Notes: generated by a model from the sequence alone, not told the origin. A stretch of 64,000 bases of DNA from Moniliella sp. 'wahieum' (GCA_003971905.1 RSEE01000032.1:310001-374000); one strand, 5' to 3'; shown: positions 38,316 through 51,255, counted from the first letter of the stretch. Program-made: numbers and translations.

Positions 38316-38690
38316 CTAGTATACATGGTGATCGAGAGCGCGACTATTAGTTGCTCATTCGGTATAGTTGGGTTGTCGTGATAGCAACCCACCACTACCA
38401 ATAAAGATCCACTCAATCACCCGGCACATTTTTGGGAGACAGGGCCCGTGCTGAGCATTAGTAATGCAGCATGGTATCCAGCAGGGGGGAGTGTTCAATT
38501 CAATTATTTGGAAGCGTCATTTAACGCGAACCTCTTCATACCTACCGACGGAGGTGCCACAGAGAACGTTTCGTTGGACGTGCGACCCAATATATAGATA
38601 GGCAGTGAACACCTCTCTCCGACAATACCCCGAGGCACAGGGCCGAACCACAGCACTGACCACGCGACTTGGTGGACGCTTGGATACGAC

Positions 38691-39490
38691 ATGGCCTCAA
38701 CAGAAGGCGCATGCAACGTGGTGGAGATTGTGTCGCCCACGCAGTTCACGGACCTCATGTCATCCAACCTGGAACGGGTCAGTCTACTGTACTTTTACGC
38801 TCCATGGGTCGCTCTTGCCAGGAAATCAAGTCATTGGTCGTACAGCTTGGTGCACGTTGCCCGCCTCTGCTGGTGGTGTGGTTGAAGCGGAGGCCCAGCC
38901 CGAGGTGAGCAACAGCTTTGGCGTCGACTCTGTGCCGACATTTATCTTCCTCCGTGGACACCATCTCCTGCATCGCATCAACGGTGCCAATTTGCCAGCT
39001 GTGCGCGATGCGCTGAAGCAGTTGTTCCCGCAATCGCACAGGGATGAAGAAGAAGAAGAAGGGTTAGATGATGAGGATGAGGATGATGATTATGAGGAGG
39101 AGGATGAAGATGAAGGTGATCCTGATGGTGGTGATGATGATCAAGAACAAGAACAAGAACAAGAACAGGGGGAGGAGGAAGATGCGCAACACACACCAGA
39201 GCAGTCGAGGCACGCAGGCACAACTTGACCGACCGCAAAAAAAGCAAAGCCAATTAACAGAAGGAACAGAAGCCCTGGCAAAAGCCCTTGTGGGGTTGAG
39301 TGTATCGCTTGAAGTCGCGGCCTGTTGTCGAAGCAAGACACGGCCACGCTTACCATCCTGACTGTGACATCCTAACAGAACATGGGGGCAGGGTGCGATG
39401 CCAAGCGATCAGACCATTCCCTCATCCGTGGCCCATCCATTTTCTCATGTTTGTCCGTGACGAGCTGAGCGCTGAGGGGGCCGGGTTGGG
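38691..39490 (+). pseudogene. GRX4: Decayed multidomain monothiol glutaredoxin (Grx3/Grx4)
   Basis: Recognisable Trx domain (SPTQFTDLMSSNLERVSLLYFYAPW..C, EAEAQPEVSNSFGVDSVPTFIFLRGH) and an acidic repeat-expanded linker. A stop follows, then a broken Grx domain (PCGVE in place of CGFS; DILTE..VR.QAI..WP..MFVRDEL). Confidence 0.78.
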
Positions 39491-39810
39491 CACAACTCAT
39501 CTTCACATGTGCGTACGCCTTGCTCTCCAAAAGGGCTCTTTTTGGCGGAATAGCATGACACTGACCACGCTCTTTTAGCAGCCAAAGGGAACGATTGAAA
39601 CAAAAGCGAGTTGGGCAAGCTAACTGGCTTGGCGATATATGGGCAAAAGGTGTGATCCGTTTTCGTTCCGTTTGCACTCTGTCCATACATTTCCCATCGT
39701 CACAACACAGTCATCGTCTTGCTTCCACATTGAACCTCACTGCAGCAGCTATGGCCATGCACAGAAAACACGTCAGTCGGGCGCAAAAGCCACTAATGAG
39801 ATCGTTGGTG

Positions 39811-41784
39811 TCAGGCCGGGTCAAAGGGCAAGAAGTTGCCGACGACCATAGTGGGGATGTTCCACTGGTCCCGTCGAATAGTAAAGGAGAAACAACACTT
39901 GAGCTCATACAACCCCTCCGCCGTCCGGCGTGGCGTGGAGGACGGGCGCGCCCGATACTGGCGCCGCCGTGGCACCTGAGCGCACAGAAGGGCCTGAGGG
40001 AGGCAGATGGGCCCGAGGTGGATGGACCCGAAGTGGATGGACCCGAGGTGGAAGGGCCTGAGACCGGAGGTCCCGAGGTCGGACTGGCGTCCCTCTCCTC
40101 ATCTTTCGTGGTCATTTTCCATGGGCCTAAACCACCGCTCGCCGAGTAACCCGATGATCTTCGGCGGGTATGGCGTTCAGAATCGTCTTGGGAGAGGAGG
40201 GTTTTTGGAAGCGGCGGGAGGCGCTGTAGGGGCAGACTGGGCTTGTGAGGAAATGGGGCAGTTGGGCCGCAATCTGCCGTGCAACAGGAACAGAAGAGCG
40301 TTGGCGTGGTGGCTTGCGTACTTTGAGCACACAGGTGTTAGTACGGCTTTTTGCCCGGATCAAATGAGAGACGCGGCCGTATCTTTCCCAGTAGTTGACC
40401 GCGCTCTCTGTGACTTCAGTTAGTCCCTCCATACCAAACCACCTCCAAGAAAAGGACGACGTACCCTCAGCCAAGTTCGTAAATACAAAGTCGGCCTTCG
40501 CGGAGCGCGTCAATGGAAACACCGATCAGCTCGGCAAATTCCTTGTTGGCCTTGTAGATTTCTCCCGTGCGACGCCAAAAGGCAGGCAGGGATGCCCTGG
40601 GAGGCAAATACACGATCGTAGTCGAGCGAGAAGAAGGCGTTCGAATTCGAACGCCTCCTCTATGTAAATCAGGTCAATGTCGGTCAAGCGCTGAGCAACG
40701 GCGCGGAAAGAAGCCGGTCGAAATACGAGAGAGGCTGCAGGATTCGGCGGCGCGAATCCGCACTGACATTGCAATCCATCCACTTGAGCAGACGGCGTAG
40801 CCCTTGATGTGGTTGTACGGCTTGAGTAGCCCGGCTCGTGCTTGGCCCGAATCACTTTTCCTAACCGGGACGCACGCGAACCATCATGCTGATCCGCAGC
40901 GGTCATAATAAACTTTCTCGTCTTGCTCGTCCAATGGAGGTCAGGTGGTCCATCGCTCTTGTCCGACACCACAGGCGCCGACGCCCGTGTCCTTGCCCAC
41001 CTCCCACTGCGGCCGATGGCACTGGATTGATGCAGCTCGATGCAGGGGAAGGACTCTCGGATGACATGGGGCGGGGGTTATCCAACGCCGAGCCGGCCCG
41101 AGAGACATTCCGCGTTGTTCATGCATGTTCTGGTGGGCGGCTGCGAGTACCCTGGGTACCCATCACGCTGTTGAGGTTCTCGAGGAAGTCACTGCAACCC
41201 CATGTTAGTGGCGAAAAAAGGGACAGAAGGCGACTACTGAGCATCTGGTATTCGTTCGTGCTGGTGGTCGTCTCGGGCAGCGCGCATCCCACTGCTGTTG
41301 GCCGGGGGGTAGGCCAAACAGGAGGGATTGCGTGGCGGGATAGGCGGCTGCGCCATGGCTGGGGGGGGGGTAAGGCCAGCTCCTGCGCGGGGGGGGGCAG
41401 GCGGGGCGCCAGCGGGAAGCGGGGGCACTGGCGGAGGGGGAAGCCGAGGGCGGGGAGGATGCCCCCATGCTGGGCGGCGGGGGGGACGGAAGGAGGGAAG
41501 GAAGGCGGTGGCGGGGGGGGCAGGCGCGGGGGGCGGGGCGGCGGCCGAGGCCGAGGCAGGCGACGGCTGGTCGGTGCCAGACGCGGGCGCCGGGGACTCG
41601 GAGGCGGGGACGCGGCGTCATGGCAGAGGTGGAAATGCCGCGGCGGACACAGCGCTGGCAGGGGCGTTCCGAGTCGCAGGTCATGTGGGAGCGGCGGCAG
41701 TACACGCACGCCAGCGACACCTTGCGGCGCTTGGCCTCGCCTCCTTGCCCTTGCGGGGGCGCGCTTGGCGGTAGAGGAGGCCAT
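39811..41784 (-). CDS. RDS2: Zn(II)2Cys6 + PAS gluconeogenesis regulator Rds2/AcuM
   Basis: ACVYCRRSHMTCDSERPCQRC, FIMTAAD, LLKPYN, FERLLL, GIPACL, RRTGEIYKANKEFA, ESAVNYWE and CCFSFTIRRDQWNIPTMVVGNFLP; short intron near 40413-40463. Confidence 0.9.
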
Positions 41785-42347
41785 GGCGGGGGTGGGGGTG
41801 GGGAGGGAGGTGGAGGTGGATGGCGGCGAGGGTGCTGGAGGGGTGGGCCGACGGGTGAGCGCTGACGCTGACGCGCTGACGGGCGACGCACGGCGAGCGT
41901 CGCGTGGGAGCCAGGCGCCCAATCGGCAGCCACTCCCCCCGTGCCCACGTTCATTCCGCTCGTTGGGCCAGCCCCCAAACAATTCCGCACGCGGGGCCCC
42001 GCCCAGCGCCCAGCAGGCACGCCGCCATGCGAGGCCCCCCGCGGTTATATGTGCGCGGTTACGTGCTTGATCGGCTATCGCGATCGATGAGCATGACCTT
42101 CCCACCCCCGGCCCTGTCCAGGTCATCCATCACACATCGCGCCCATCAGGCACGCCACCCGACCCCCGCTGCCCGGCAGTGCGTTGCCAGTGACTGCCGG
42201 TCTTGTTAGTCGTAACGCGTAACACGCGCCACCCACCGCTATCTCAGGCCCCAAGGCATGCAGAATGCAAGGCATTTCTCCTCTCCAAACTGGATACAAC
42301 AAAATACACGTGTCCCGCCCAGCAGGCCCCCAGCAGTCCGAGCCCAG

Positions 42348-44204
42348 TTAGCCTCCTCCTGCAAAACGCCAGAACCCCCGCCCACACCCCCGCCACAGCA
42401 GCGGCACCCTCGCCGCCCCGACTGCGGCGGCGCCCGAACCAGCTCCAGGGTCCGATCCAGCCTCTCCCCCACCAACGATCGTAACACCTGCAACGCTCGC
42501 CACCCATTCCATCCGTTCCTCCACCGCGTCCAGGAATCGGGGGCCAACATAGGTCCCCTGGGGCCAATCTTCCTGAGGGAATTCGGACCAATGGCTGCGC
42601 CCAGGACAGCGATTGAACCAGGGATTGAGCCCGGCATCGTCCTTGGCCAGCAGACTGGCCAGCGAGGTGGGGTGCGAAATGCTGGCGGGCCCATCGAGCG
42701 TAGGCAGTGGTCCCGTCGGCCCGAGGGGACTCTCCATCACTGATTCTTCCGGAGGCAATGGCCTCGATGCCCAGCTGGACGTCATGCTGCGTCGGGCGGC
42801 GTCCAGACGAGCCAAAAGCCGTACGTCTCCCATCTTCTCCTCGGCCATGTCGCTCAGTGCCGAAGACTCAAGGGTGGATAATAGTGTTCCTCCGTCTTGG
42901 TAGGCCAGGATACGCCGAATGCAGAGATCTTTCAAAGAGGGGATACCGTTTCCTCGAGTCACAAGGGGTGATAGCACTCGCTTGCCCCTCGCCTCTTCGG
43001 GGGCGCACGGAATGGGTTGGGCAGAAACGAGAGTATCAAGCTTCAGCGCTTGTATCTCAGCGGGAAGGGAGGTCTGATTCAAAGTGTCAGTTTTACTCCT
43101 TAGGATGGGCGTTGGGGGAGAAGGTATTTACCAGTTCATTACAACCAATGTTCAATTCGCGCAGATTGGTCAAAGTGCCCACAGCGGGGGGGAGCGCAGA
43201 GAGGCCAACGGCGCGGAGAGAGAGGACCGAGAGATTGGAAATACTAAACAAGGCACTGGGTAATTTGCGTAGTGGGTTCATGCCCAGAAAGATCTGCACC
43301 CCCGAGGGGTCCCCCGTTCAATGAGCCGGAGGCGACTGCCTCAGATGCCCTGCGAGCCCAAGGGGCACGCCCTCCCACGTTGCGGGGCAGGCACTTTCTC
43401 GGCTCTGAGGCTAACGCAACGAAATCCCCAGATCAGCAATCAGGGGGGGGAGATAGGTGAGGCCTTGTTTGTCGAGGTGCACCAGCGGTCGTACTTGGTC
43501 GAATGCTTGGGTCACGGCATGACGGACGACATTCCACTCCGGGTCTACGCTTGGACCTGGATTGGATGTGGGAAACCCGGGACCAGGAAGAAAATTAGAT
43601 CGGGTACCGGCCTCAGGCAGGCTGCGAGACAAGGGCGCGTGGTTGAATGGTAGCTCAGACGCGCCTTCTGGCGCGGGGGGCGGGAGGGAGAGAGAGCATG
43701 AGTGTGGGGAGAAAGGACGTCCCGCTTAGAATACGAGGGGGGCGATCCCATGGGCCCCAAGGCCTCATAAGGGTGGGGGACGCGACTGAATGCTCTGCTA
43801 AAGGTACGTCGATGACCAACCGCGGGCGAATCAGGGGGGAGAGGTGAGCTGGGGTCCGAGAGGGACAGATCCAGCCTACTGAACTCGGGTGATTCATCGG
43901 AGGAGTGAGAGGGGGGCGAGGATGGGTCCGATATGCCATCCGAATCATGGAAAATGCCTCGCAAGGCGTCATCGGCGTCAATCGCGTCCATGGGCGCAGG
44001 GTGCTTGGTGTGTGGGATATGCTTAGCAAAAAGAGGGAGTGCATGAGGGGGAGCCTTGGACGCAGCGCTGAATGGGTCGGCGGTGCTGCTCGTGCGCACA
44101 GCGGAGGGTTGCGGCGCAGGAGAGGAGGGAGGATTGGGCAAAGGCGAGGAGCGAATGTTGGCCGCGGGGGCAGGCGAGCGCCACGCTTCAAAAGCGGCTG
44201 TCAT
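42348..44204 (-). CDS. Conserved fungal leucine-rich-repeat protein
   Basis: Ser/Pro-rich N-terminus, LRRs (IFLGMNPLRKLPSALFSISNLSVLSLR..LPPAVGTLTNLRELNIG.N.L), PSLKDLCIRRI, EERMEWV and VPLLWRGC; intron near 43072-43129. The exact stop is uncertain. Confidence 0.8.
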
Positions 44205-45005
44205 GTTTGTCGTGGCGTTCGCCTGCGGCTTGGTTCTTGCGCGATGGGGGGGGGAGATGGGAGATGGAGACGCGACGCGTCGCTAGCAGCTCAGCCCGCG
44301 CTTAAGAGCTACGCTTGAAACTGGTTGGCGACTGAGCCTCAGATTCAGATCTCAGAGTGCTGATGCGCTGATAGCTGCCTGAGGAATATGATAGCCGATC
44401 GTGCTTCGCACTGCCCCTCTGCGGAGGTGCCTGCAGCCGAATCTCCATGCCCACTACCACTGCCCGTTCGCCTCACTAATTGGCTGGCATCATGCATCAT
44501 GCATCATGCCTTTGCATCATACCCTCGGCACCCGCGCAGGACGGATGGGACTGGGTTACGATCAATCATCGACGCGACTATACATCCTGAACCACCTGGA
44601 TTCTGACAGGCTCCCTCGGCACGCTTTCCTTACCACATGCCAAATGATTTTCGACTGGGGGCACCAGTGCTACGTGCGGCATGAATGGTGAATACGAGAC
44701 TTTGGGAGCGGCCGACTGACTTTAAAGCGAATGCATATGGCATGGAAACCCCGGGAAGGAATATCGGAAGAGAAACTTACGCACGAAAACTCATTCCAGT
44801 CCATAAAGTAGCATTTTACCAATAGGGCCTAAGGAACTAACCCACAAGGTTGTTTGAGTACGTTTGAGATTCATCGATTCAGAACTAAAGACCATCCGTG
44901 CAATAGCAAAGCGACAGGCAATTGACAAAACGAGAGAGTAGGCACAAATGAGTGTGGCAAAATGGCAAAAACAAGGGGATAGAGCAAGCCAAATAGCGTA
45001 GCAAC

Positions 45006-46880
45006 CTAGCTGTGAATGAAGCGGTTGAAAAGGCTCTTTTGCTTTGATCCCGTGGGGGTCTGGGACAGGATGGGGTGGGGATCGGGACGTGGTTCCCTGC
45101 TGTTGCGCAAATCAAAGTCGTCGTAGCCCCTGGCCTTCCTGGGAGGTGCGGGCAACCGTGTTTCCCGTCCCATCCGGGCCCCTTGGGCGTCGTACGCGTC
45201 ATAACTACTCATGGGGCCAGCTCTTTGAGAAGGCCCGTCGTAGGACCGAGTTGGTCGGCCGTCATATGGAGGCGGGCGATCACCATACGACGGGCCTCGC
45301 TGGCCGCCATCGGTGGACCACGCTCTGTCCCTGGGAGGGATGAACGGACGGGACTTGTACGCGGGAGGTTGCCGGCCCACATGTCCACGAGGCTGATTCC
45401 AGGTGGGGCCGGGGGTACGGTACTTCATGCTGTTGTCGTCGGAGCGGTAGTCCTTCGCACGAGTGAAGGAGGACTTGACAGACCGGCCGCCTTCCTCGGA
45501 ATCGAGATCACGGGTTGAAGTGTACCGGGAAAAGGAGAGAAATTTCTTGGCTGAGGGAATGTGGGCCGTCTTGCGCGACGAAATAGTGGTACTGGGCGTA
45601 GCCCTCCTAAAAGATTGCACTTCATCATCCACATTGCGCGATCGAGCAGAACGAACAGAACGAATCGATTTCGCCGGTCTTCTTAGGTCGCCAGTGCTGG
45701 CCGAAAAAGCGGAATACAGTCCTGCGCTTGAGAGGGCACGGGACTGAGGTGGGCGAGTCTCCTGGTTGTCCTCTTCGTTCCTTGCCGTTGGCAAGGGAGG
45801 AAAAGCTGTGTTGGCTTTAGAGGCAATGGTCAGTATTCGCTTCATTCAGCGATCAGAGCAGGAACGTACTGCGCATCTTGAGGAGCTCGAAGAAACTCTT
45901 CGATCGGCGCATATGTGGGCGAGTGGGGGCTTCTGCAGGGCCGCGCGGCAATGGGATCGAGTGGAGCTTGGAGGCGTATTCCTTGGCCAATGGAGAGCGT
46001 TTCTTGTCCTTAGAATTGGTCGAAGGAAAGGGGGCGGCATGCCTCCCTTCTGACGCAGCCATACGCGGAAGGGTGGATGCCTGAGATGCACTATTCCAGG
46101 CTTCATTGCGTTCCCGAGCGATGGGCGAAGCATCCCTGGGGGAAATCATGCGGGATGCATGGCGGGGTGGATAGCTTTCCTGTGGTTGGTTCACTTTCCG
46201 AGGACTAGGTTGGGGTAGGCCTGCTCGCTGTTGGCTTACTTGTGGGTTCGATTGCTGACGAGGGGGCTGGTGACGAGCTCGCATTGCTGCTCCAGGACTT
46301 TCTGAGAGGGATCATATGTGGAGCGACGAGACGAAGCGCCTCCCGAACGAAAAGACTGGGGCCGTAGTGCGGAAGCAGGTGGCTCCTCAACCTCAAAAAG
46401 ACGTCACCTTCATCGGAGGTGACGGAGCTGCCGTCATCGACGGGAGGAAGGTCGTGCAATCCTTCTGCAAAAACTGGAACAGAGGTGTAAGGCGAGCCCT
46501 GTACAGCCGGTGGTGCAAAATGTGAGGCTGATCCTGCTCCGCGTGATACGCAGGAGAAGGGCGAGTCATATGGACCTGTCGGGGTGGAAAAGATCTTTCG
46601 ACCGATGCAGGCAAGTGGCCCTCGCTGCGTGCGAGGGCGCTGTCGTACACTTGGGGCCTGGCTAAGCGCGGGGGGGCAATCTCAGGGTTTGGCTGGTTCC
46701 CTCTCGCAGAACGCATGAGACGACTGGCAAACTCGCGGTCGCCATAGAGGTAGAGATTGTCGTACAGCCCCAAGTCTGGTTCAAATTCGGGAACCGAGGC
46801 CGGCGAGGCGAGGCCATAGGCAGGCCCCAAGTCCCCGAAAGAGCGGAACCACGAGAAGACTTGAGGTGGAGTGCGAGATC
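45006..46880 (-). CDS. Hypothetical Ser/Arg/Pro-rich protein
   Basis: Chained minus-strand ORFs (46393-46830, 46205-46459, 45853-46284, 45006-45845) with protein-like composition; no recognisable domain. Confidence 0.6.
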
Positions 46881-47536
46881 ATCAGAGGAAGAATGGCGTA
46901 GATGGTGGTGGCGAAAAGGGAGGGCACGGCGGGGGGAAGAGGGGCGCAGATGGGAGCCGGTGGGCTTGCCCTGCCACTTGTGGTCCGCATCTGGCCCTCT
47001 CCCACCTAACAGCAGGGCGTACCGCAGCAATGCGTAGTCCTAGCCAAAGGCCCCGCTTCGCATATCACGTGTCGCATGTCACATGCATCACAGCCGAAGA
47101 TCAGGGTGCACTTGACAGACTGCCCTCACGCTGCATTCTGATGGGTTGGCGGGGAAGAATGAATGCTGCCCTTGCGCCCTAATGCGGGACAAGTCTCCCC
47201 GCTGGCGTTGGGGCAGTGCCCGCCAAATCTACTTTCACCCCCGCCTGCCGATCATCAACCACCCCTCACCGATCCCGGATCCCAGAGAAACTCCCCGCCG
47301 CCCAACACCGGTCCCACGCGTCCCAGGTCCCAACAAGCCCGACGTGAGCGCTGAGCGTGAACGCTCACATTTCAAATTCAGTGCACGATGATCGATGAAA
47401 GTTGAGACTTCAACTTTGAAACTTGGCCGGCCACCACTGATCTACTGACCCAGGACCGCTGACTGGTCAGGTGACCGCTTGACTCCTCTGGGCCATTCCG
47501 TCGGCAGCTTTGGCAGCTGAAATCTTGCGCATTTCA

Positions 47537-47670
47537 TTTCGCGGGCGCAGCTTGGATAAGCGGCAACGGGGAGCACCGCACGCGTCGGGCGGGCGACGCA
47601 GCTGCCCCAGGCAGCCTCCTGCAGCAAACTGGCCTGGTGCGGAGGGCGGCGGAGACGCGTCCATTTCGCG
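47537..47670 (+). promoter_or_regulatory. MCB (ACGCGT x2) and SCB/E2F-like (TTTCGCG x2) G1/S elements upstream of RPA1
   Basis: TTTCGCG at 47537 and 47664, ACGCGT at 47580 and 47655. Three ACGCG cores also occur upstream of RFC4 (23176-23193). MBF regulation of replication genes is established in yeasts. Confidence 0.55.
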
Positions 47671-47767
47671 GGCGTGACTTGCTCCTTTTTGCTTTGCCCC
47701 TTGCTCCGCCCGCCCTGCCTGCCTCCTCCTCCTCACGATTGCCACCATCGTGTGCCCCGCCACCCCG

Positions 47768-49720
47768 ATGCTGACGCTCCAAGACCTAACCCCGAATGCG
47801 GTCTCTATGATGATCCGCCGGGAGCTGCCCATGCAGCCCGACAACCTTGTCGTGCAGGTGTTGAGCATCAAGGTGCTGCCCATCAGCAACTCCGATACCA
47901 CCCGCGCCCGCCTCGTGATCTCTGATGGCCACCTTCTCCCAGGCCATGATGATCTTCCCCAAAGCCCCACCCCTACCGCTCGAACAAATCCAGCGCAACA
48001 CCCTTCTCCGCATCACCCAGTACCAGACTAACCTTGTGGGCGACCATGTTATCGTCATTGTTACCAACGCCGAGAAAGTAGGCGATGCAGAGGAACGCTT
48101 TGGCGTGCCCGTCACATACCGCTCCACCGTTTCCCCTGCCTCGGCCGCACCTTCAGCACCCGAAAGCAGTTCTGCGCCCGAAAGCAGTTCTGCGCCCGAA
48201 AGCAGTTCTGCGCCCGAAAGCAAGCCAACCATCTCATCCCCCCTTGGCCGCCGCGGTGCGGCTCAATCCGGACCCCGGCATGAGGCTATCGTTCAGGTCG
48301 AGTAACTACATGTTCGGCCCACGCATAATGACGCTCGGGGGATTGACCCTGAGCGCGTTCCCGTACTGCCCCATTGAGGCGCTGTCCGCTTTTCAGCACA
48401 GGTGGATGATCCGAGCCCGTGTTACATCCAAAAGAGAAGTCAAGACCTACACCAACGCCCGTGGACCCGGCAAACTCTTCTGGGTCCACCTGCTGGACGA
48501 GACTGCCGAGATCCGGGCCATCGGCTTCAACGAGATGGTGGACATGTTCTACCACCGGCTGCAGGAGGGCAAGGTTTACTATATTGCGCGTGCCCGGGTA
48601 GCTAGCGCCAATAGACAGTTCAACACGCTGAAGAATGATTATGAGCTCACCCTCAACTTCGAAACCGAAATTGTGGAGGCCCCCGATGCTGCCTCGGTTC
48701 CCAGCATCACTTTCACTTTACTCCGCTTTCGAGGCTGCGAGATGTGGAGCCCACCCGACTTGTTGATGTGATTGGTGTGGTGCAAGATGTGGGGGAGGTG
48801 TCCGATGTCATGACTCGGTCAACCCAGAAGCTAGTTCCAAAACGCGATCTCATTCTCGTTGACCAAACCGGGATGAGCGTGCGCCTTACCCTCTGGGGCG
48901 CAACTGCAAGCAACTTCCACTCCAATGAGCCTCATCCCGTACTGGCATTCAAGCATGTTCGTGTAAGTGAATTTGACGGGCGCACGCTGAGCATGGTCAG
49001 GACCACAATCATTCACGCCAATCCGGCTATGGACGAGTATTATCAGCTCAAGGCCTGGTACGAAAGCGAGGGAGCCAAAACACAGTTCAAGTCCTACAAG
49101 GGTAGCGGGACAAGTGGGGCGGACATGAACAACCCCAATGAGCGCAAGCTGATGGCCAGGTCATCGACGAGGGGTTGGGACGGGACCAGACGGGCAAGGT
49201 GGATACCTTCTCCGTTTTGGCCACACTGAGCTGGGTCAGGAACACCAACATGTGGTATCCCGCGTGCCAGAGCGAGGGGTGCAACAAAAAGGTCACCATT
49301 GAGCCCAGTGGTGAATGGCACTGCCTCAAGTGCGACAGGACTTGGCCTGAGCCAGAATATCGCTACTGTTACTGGTGGGATAACCGACCTCAGTGGTTTT
49401 TATTTGGGTCAATGGTTTTAATGACATTGGCAAGTTCTTTATGGGGAAGACCGCCAACGAACTGCATAAAGAATTTCCCGATGAAGATGACCTCAAAGAG
49501 TATGTCATGTCGAAGGGGCGGGATGTACGTGTTTTCCATCAAGGCTAAGTGGGAGTATTCAACGTACGTATCCCTCTTCCTTGCTTGCCCAATGATACTG
49601 ATACTGCATTCCGCAGGATACGGGCCGTGTCCGCTACACCATCCACAGCGTCAAGAAGGCCGACTGGGTGCCGGAGGCAGAGTTGCTCGCCAAGGCGATT
49701 GAGGATCTGTCGACAACGTA
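47768..49720 (+). CDS. RFA1: Replication protein A large subunit (RPA70/Rfa1)
   Basis: RLVISDG, PIEALS..WMIRARVTSK, GKLF..LLDET.EIRA.GFN, VDVIGVV, LTLWG, C4 zinc motif YPAC...CNKKV...CLKC; 3' intron near 49565-49616. Confidence 0.93.
48159..48221 (+). repeat. 18-bp coding tandem repeat (CCCGAAAGCAGTTCTGCG)x3.5 encoding APESSS in the RPA1 linker
   Basis: Exact repeats, directly visible. Confidence 0.95.
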
Positions 49721-50236
49721 AGCTTCCCCATTCCTTTTGGCATGATGTATATGTGGCTTCTGTCCATCTGTATCGTACTTATTTTCGTTCATGTCCGACG
49801 GGAATTGTGTCTGGATAGTCTCCCTCAGGTTACGCCTGGGAAGCCCCGCTATCTATCCACCCCTTGTTCTTCGATTCGCTCGGTCATACTCGTCGAACTT
49901 CCAGGAATGGAATAGCGTTTGTGGCGTATAGTTGATGCAATTGATGAGAGGTCTGAAAGCATCCAACCTCAGCTGGAGAAGGGTGTTTTGTACAGGCTTA
50001 TATATGCGCGTGGGAGATTCAGTGATGTTATAGCAGCCACAAGAGCTAATTTGATAAGTGGGGCGCCTTGCCCGAACGTACTATGTCAGGACAGTGGTGG
50101 GGGGGATATGCCAGGAACTTAGCCGATAATGATGATCGCAACAAGGCGCATTAAACCAACACACGCCCATCAACAGGGCTTGGATGAGAAAACGTACGTG
50201 ATGGTACCCCACGTCAGCCGCATAATCTACCCTCCA

Positions 50237-51255
50237 CTACAAACCCAGCTCCCCCTCCCCCCGGGCGGGGCCGACACTCAGGTCCATAATAGCTGAGGCG
50301 GGCGTACTGGATATCGATGACGGGGATGCCTGGGGGGCCTGCTGACCGTCCACCGATGACTGCATGTTCAACGGGATAGCGTGGTCAGATGGCACCGCGC
50401 TGGGATGACTCAAAAGAATGGCTTGGCCCGGCACCTCACTTGGCACGACCTGGAACTGCGGCTGTCTCGCACGGGAGCTGGGTGGGAAACGAGGTAGGGT
50501 CGTATCAGGAGCGAGTGGTCCTGTAGCACCAATAGCGTCCAAACGGGTGCGATTATCTTCGGTAGCGGTCTCCGTCAAGTTCGCCGCACCCCCATTAGTA
50601 TGGCTAAGAGGGGGACTGGGCAGGGCTGTGTTGGTCCTCAAAAACCGGAACGGACGCGGAGAACGTGTGGATGACCAGGCACCTCTGTTGGGAAAGGGGG
50701 TCAGTTCTCTCTGACTTGTAACCTGAAGGGGGCGATCAACTGGAACTTGGTCATGTGTGTGGCTGTCACCAGAAGGGATGAGGTTGACGTGAACAAGGCT
50801 TGGATTGGTGCGTCTTTTGGGGGAAGGAAGGCCGATGTTCTGACGTAGGTCAGGGCCAGATTGGACAGGGGCCGGAGGGGAGGGGATGAAACCACTGTTG
50901 GGCTGAGAGATGAATGGGCCCATACGCTGGGGCGCGAAGGCGCTAGCCCTGCTATTAGTGCTGAATGAGAAGGGCCCCTGGTTCCCCGGATCAAAGCCCA
51001 ACCCCTTCATCAGAGGGCTGCCTTGAGTATCTTCTGCGGCAGTGACAGTAGAGCGCGGGGGTGAACGCGTTTGCGCAGTTGTCACTGGCGCCTCCACGAA
51101 GACGAGCAGTTGGGTCGGATACGCAACTGGAGACGTATGTCGTACTCCGTCTCATACGGCAAGGTTGGGACATGTGTTGACACATGGAGCGTGATCCCGC
51201 CATCGCGATCATCGCGATTCTCCATTAAGGGCACAGGTGGGGGTGGAGGGGACAT
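50237..51255 (-). CDS. Hypothetical low-complexity protein, possibly degenerating
   Basis: 286-aa Pro/Ser/Thr-rich ORF with a frameshifted upstream ATG exon. The same frame continues through stops toward about 49850. Confidence 0.45.

Noticed and set aside
41340..41560. G-run cluster as a functional G-quadruplex
   Set aside because: It is the antisense of Pro-rich codons in RDS2, and homopolymer lengths are unreliable in this assembly.
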